Positions 63,821 to 64,000 of a DNA stretch of 64,000 bases are shown here, in pieces. The notes under the pieces were generated by a model. The model was given only the letters and a program-made list of their open reading frames with translations. It did no database searches and was not told where the DNA came from. The position numbers were made by a program, and so were the translations under genes. Position 1 is the stretch's first letter. Every line of letters begins with the position of its first letter. The DNA is taken from NCBI RefSeq assembly GCF_036321535.1, contig NC_087436.1, forward strand, positions 114,578,001 to 114,642,000. The letters are read 5' to 3'. Origin of the DNA: Camelus dromedarius. Taxonomy: Eukaryota.

Positions 63821-64000
63821 GGGGGAGACGCAATGATTGGTGATCCCTCCCTAGAGGGGAGGGTGTGCTGGTGCAACACAGGCTGCCATCGGAGCTCCAC
63901 GGCGTGCTCGGGTTCAGGGTAACTCCAGAGAGGTGGACTGACGCAGATACTTTTGAAAGGCAGAATTTTAGAGAAGTTTTACTAATATTTTTAGCTCGCT

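Noticed and set aside
61737..64000. RAB28 alternative C-terminal (CAAX) exons
   Set aside because: No matching coding sequence found before the window end; expected further downstream
1..64000. CRISPR arrays, operons, prokaryotic defence or retron-like systems, NUMTs, non-retroviral viral inserts
   Set aside because: No regularly spaced repeats, no long ORFs and no mitochondrial or viral-like coding blocks seen; the sequence is accounted for as mammalian intron plus transposon relics

Overview
This is mammalian genomic DNA, most likely camelid (a tRNA-derived Vic-1-like SINE and lineage-type L1 3' UTRs point that way). The window is the interior of the RAB28 small-GTPase gene on the + strand. 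It holds four coding exons: 421-509, 11615-11744, 56991-57094 and 61659-61736. They match human RAB28 exons 3-6 as recalled, all have canonical AG/GT boundaries, and they splice into one open frame carrying the G3 (WDIGGQ), G4 (NKID) and G5 (SAK) motifs. The rest is intron, including a 45.2-kb intron 4, filled with L1, L2, CR1/L3, MIR, MaLR/ERVL LTRs and hAT/Tigger DNA-transposon relics, several with readable target-site duplications. No ORF in the supplied track is a credible stand-alone gene. I found no convincing new multi-gene system. The best leads are: (1) splicing architecture, including a recursive-splice-site-like TAG|GTAAGT and a poly(T)-driven cryptic exon in intron 4, competing donors and a poison micro-exon near exon 4, and an in-frame alternative acceptor in exon 6; (2) an unexplained CpG-rich ~190-bp insert at 33.7 kb; (3) repeat-free motif clusters that may be enhancers, possibly for the neighbouring NKX3-2; (4) inverted young L1 copies that could form dsRNA. 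Repeat subfamily names come from memory of consensus sequences, and repeat boundaries are approximate unless a TSD is quoted.
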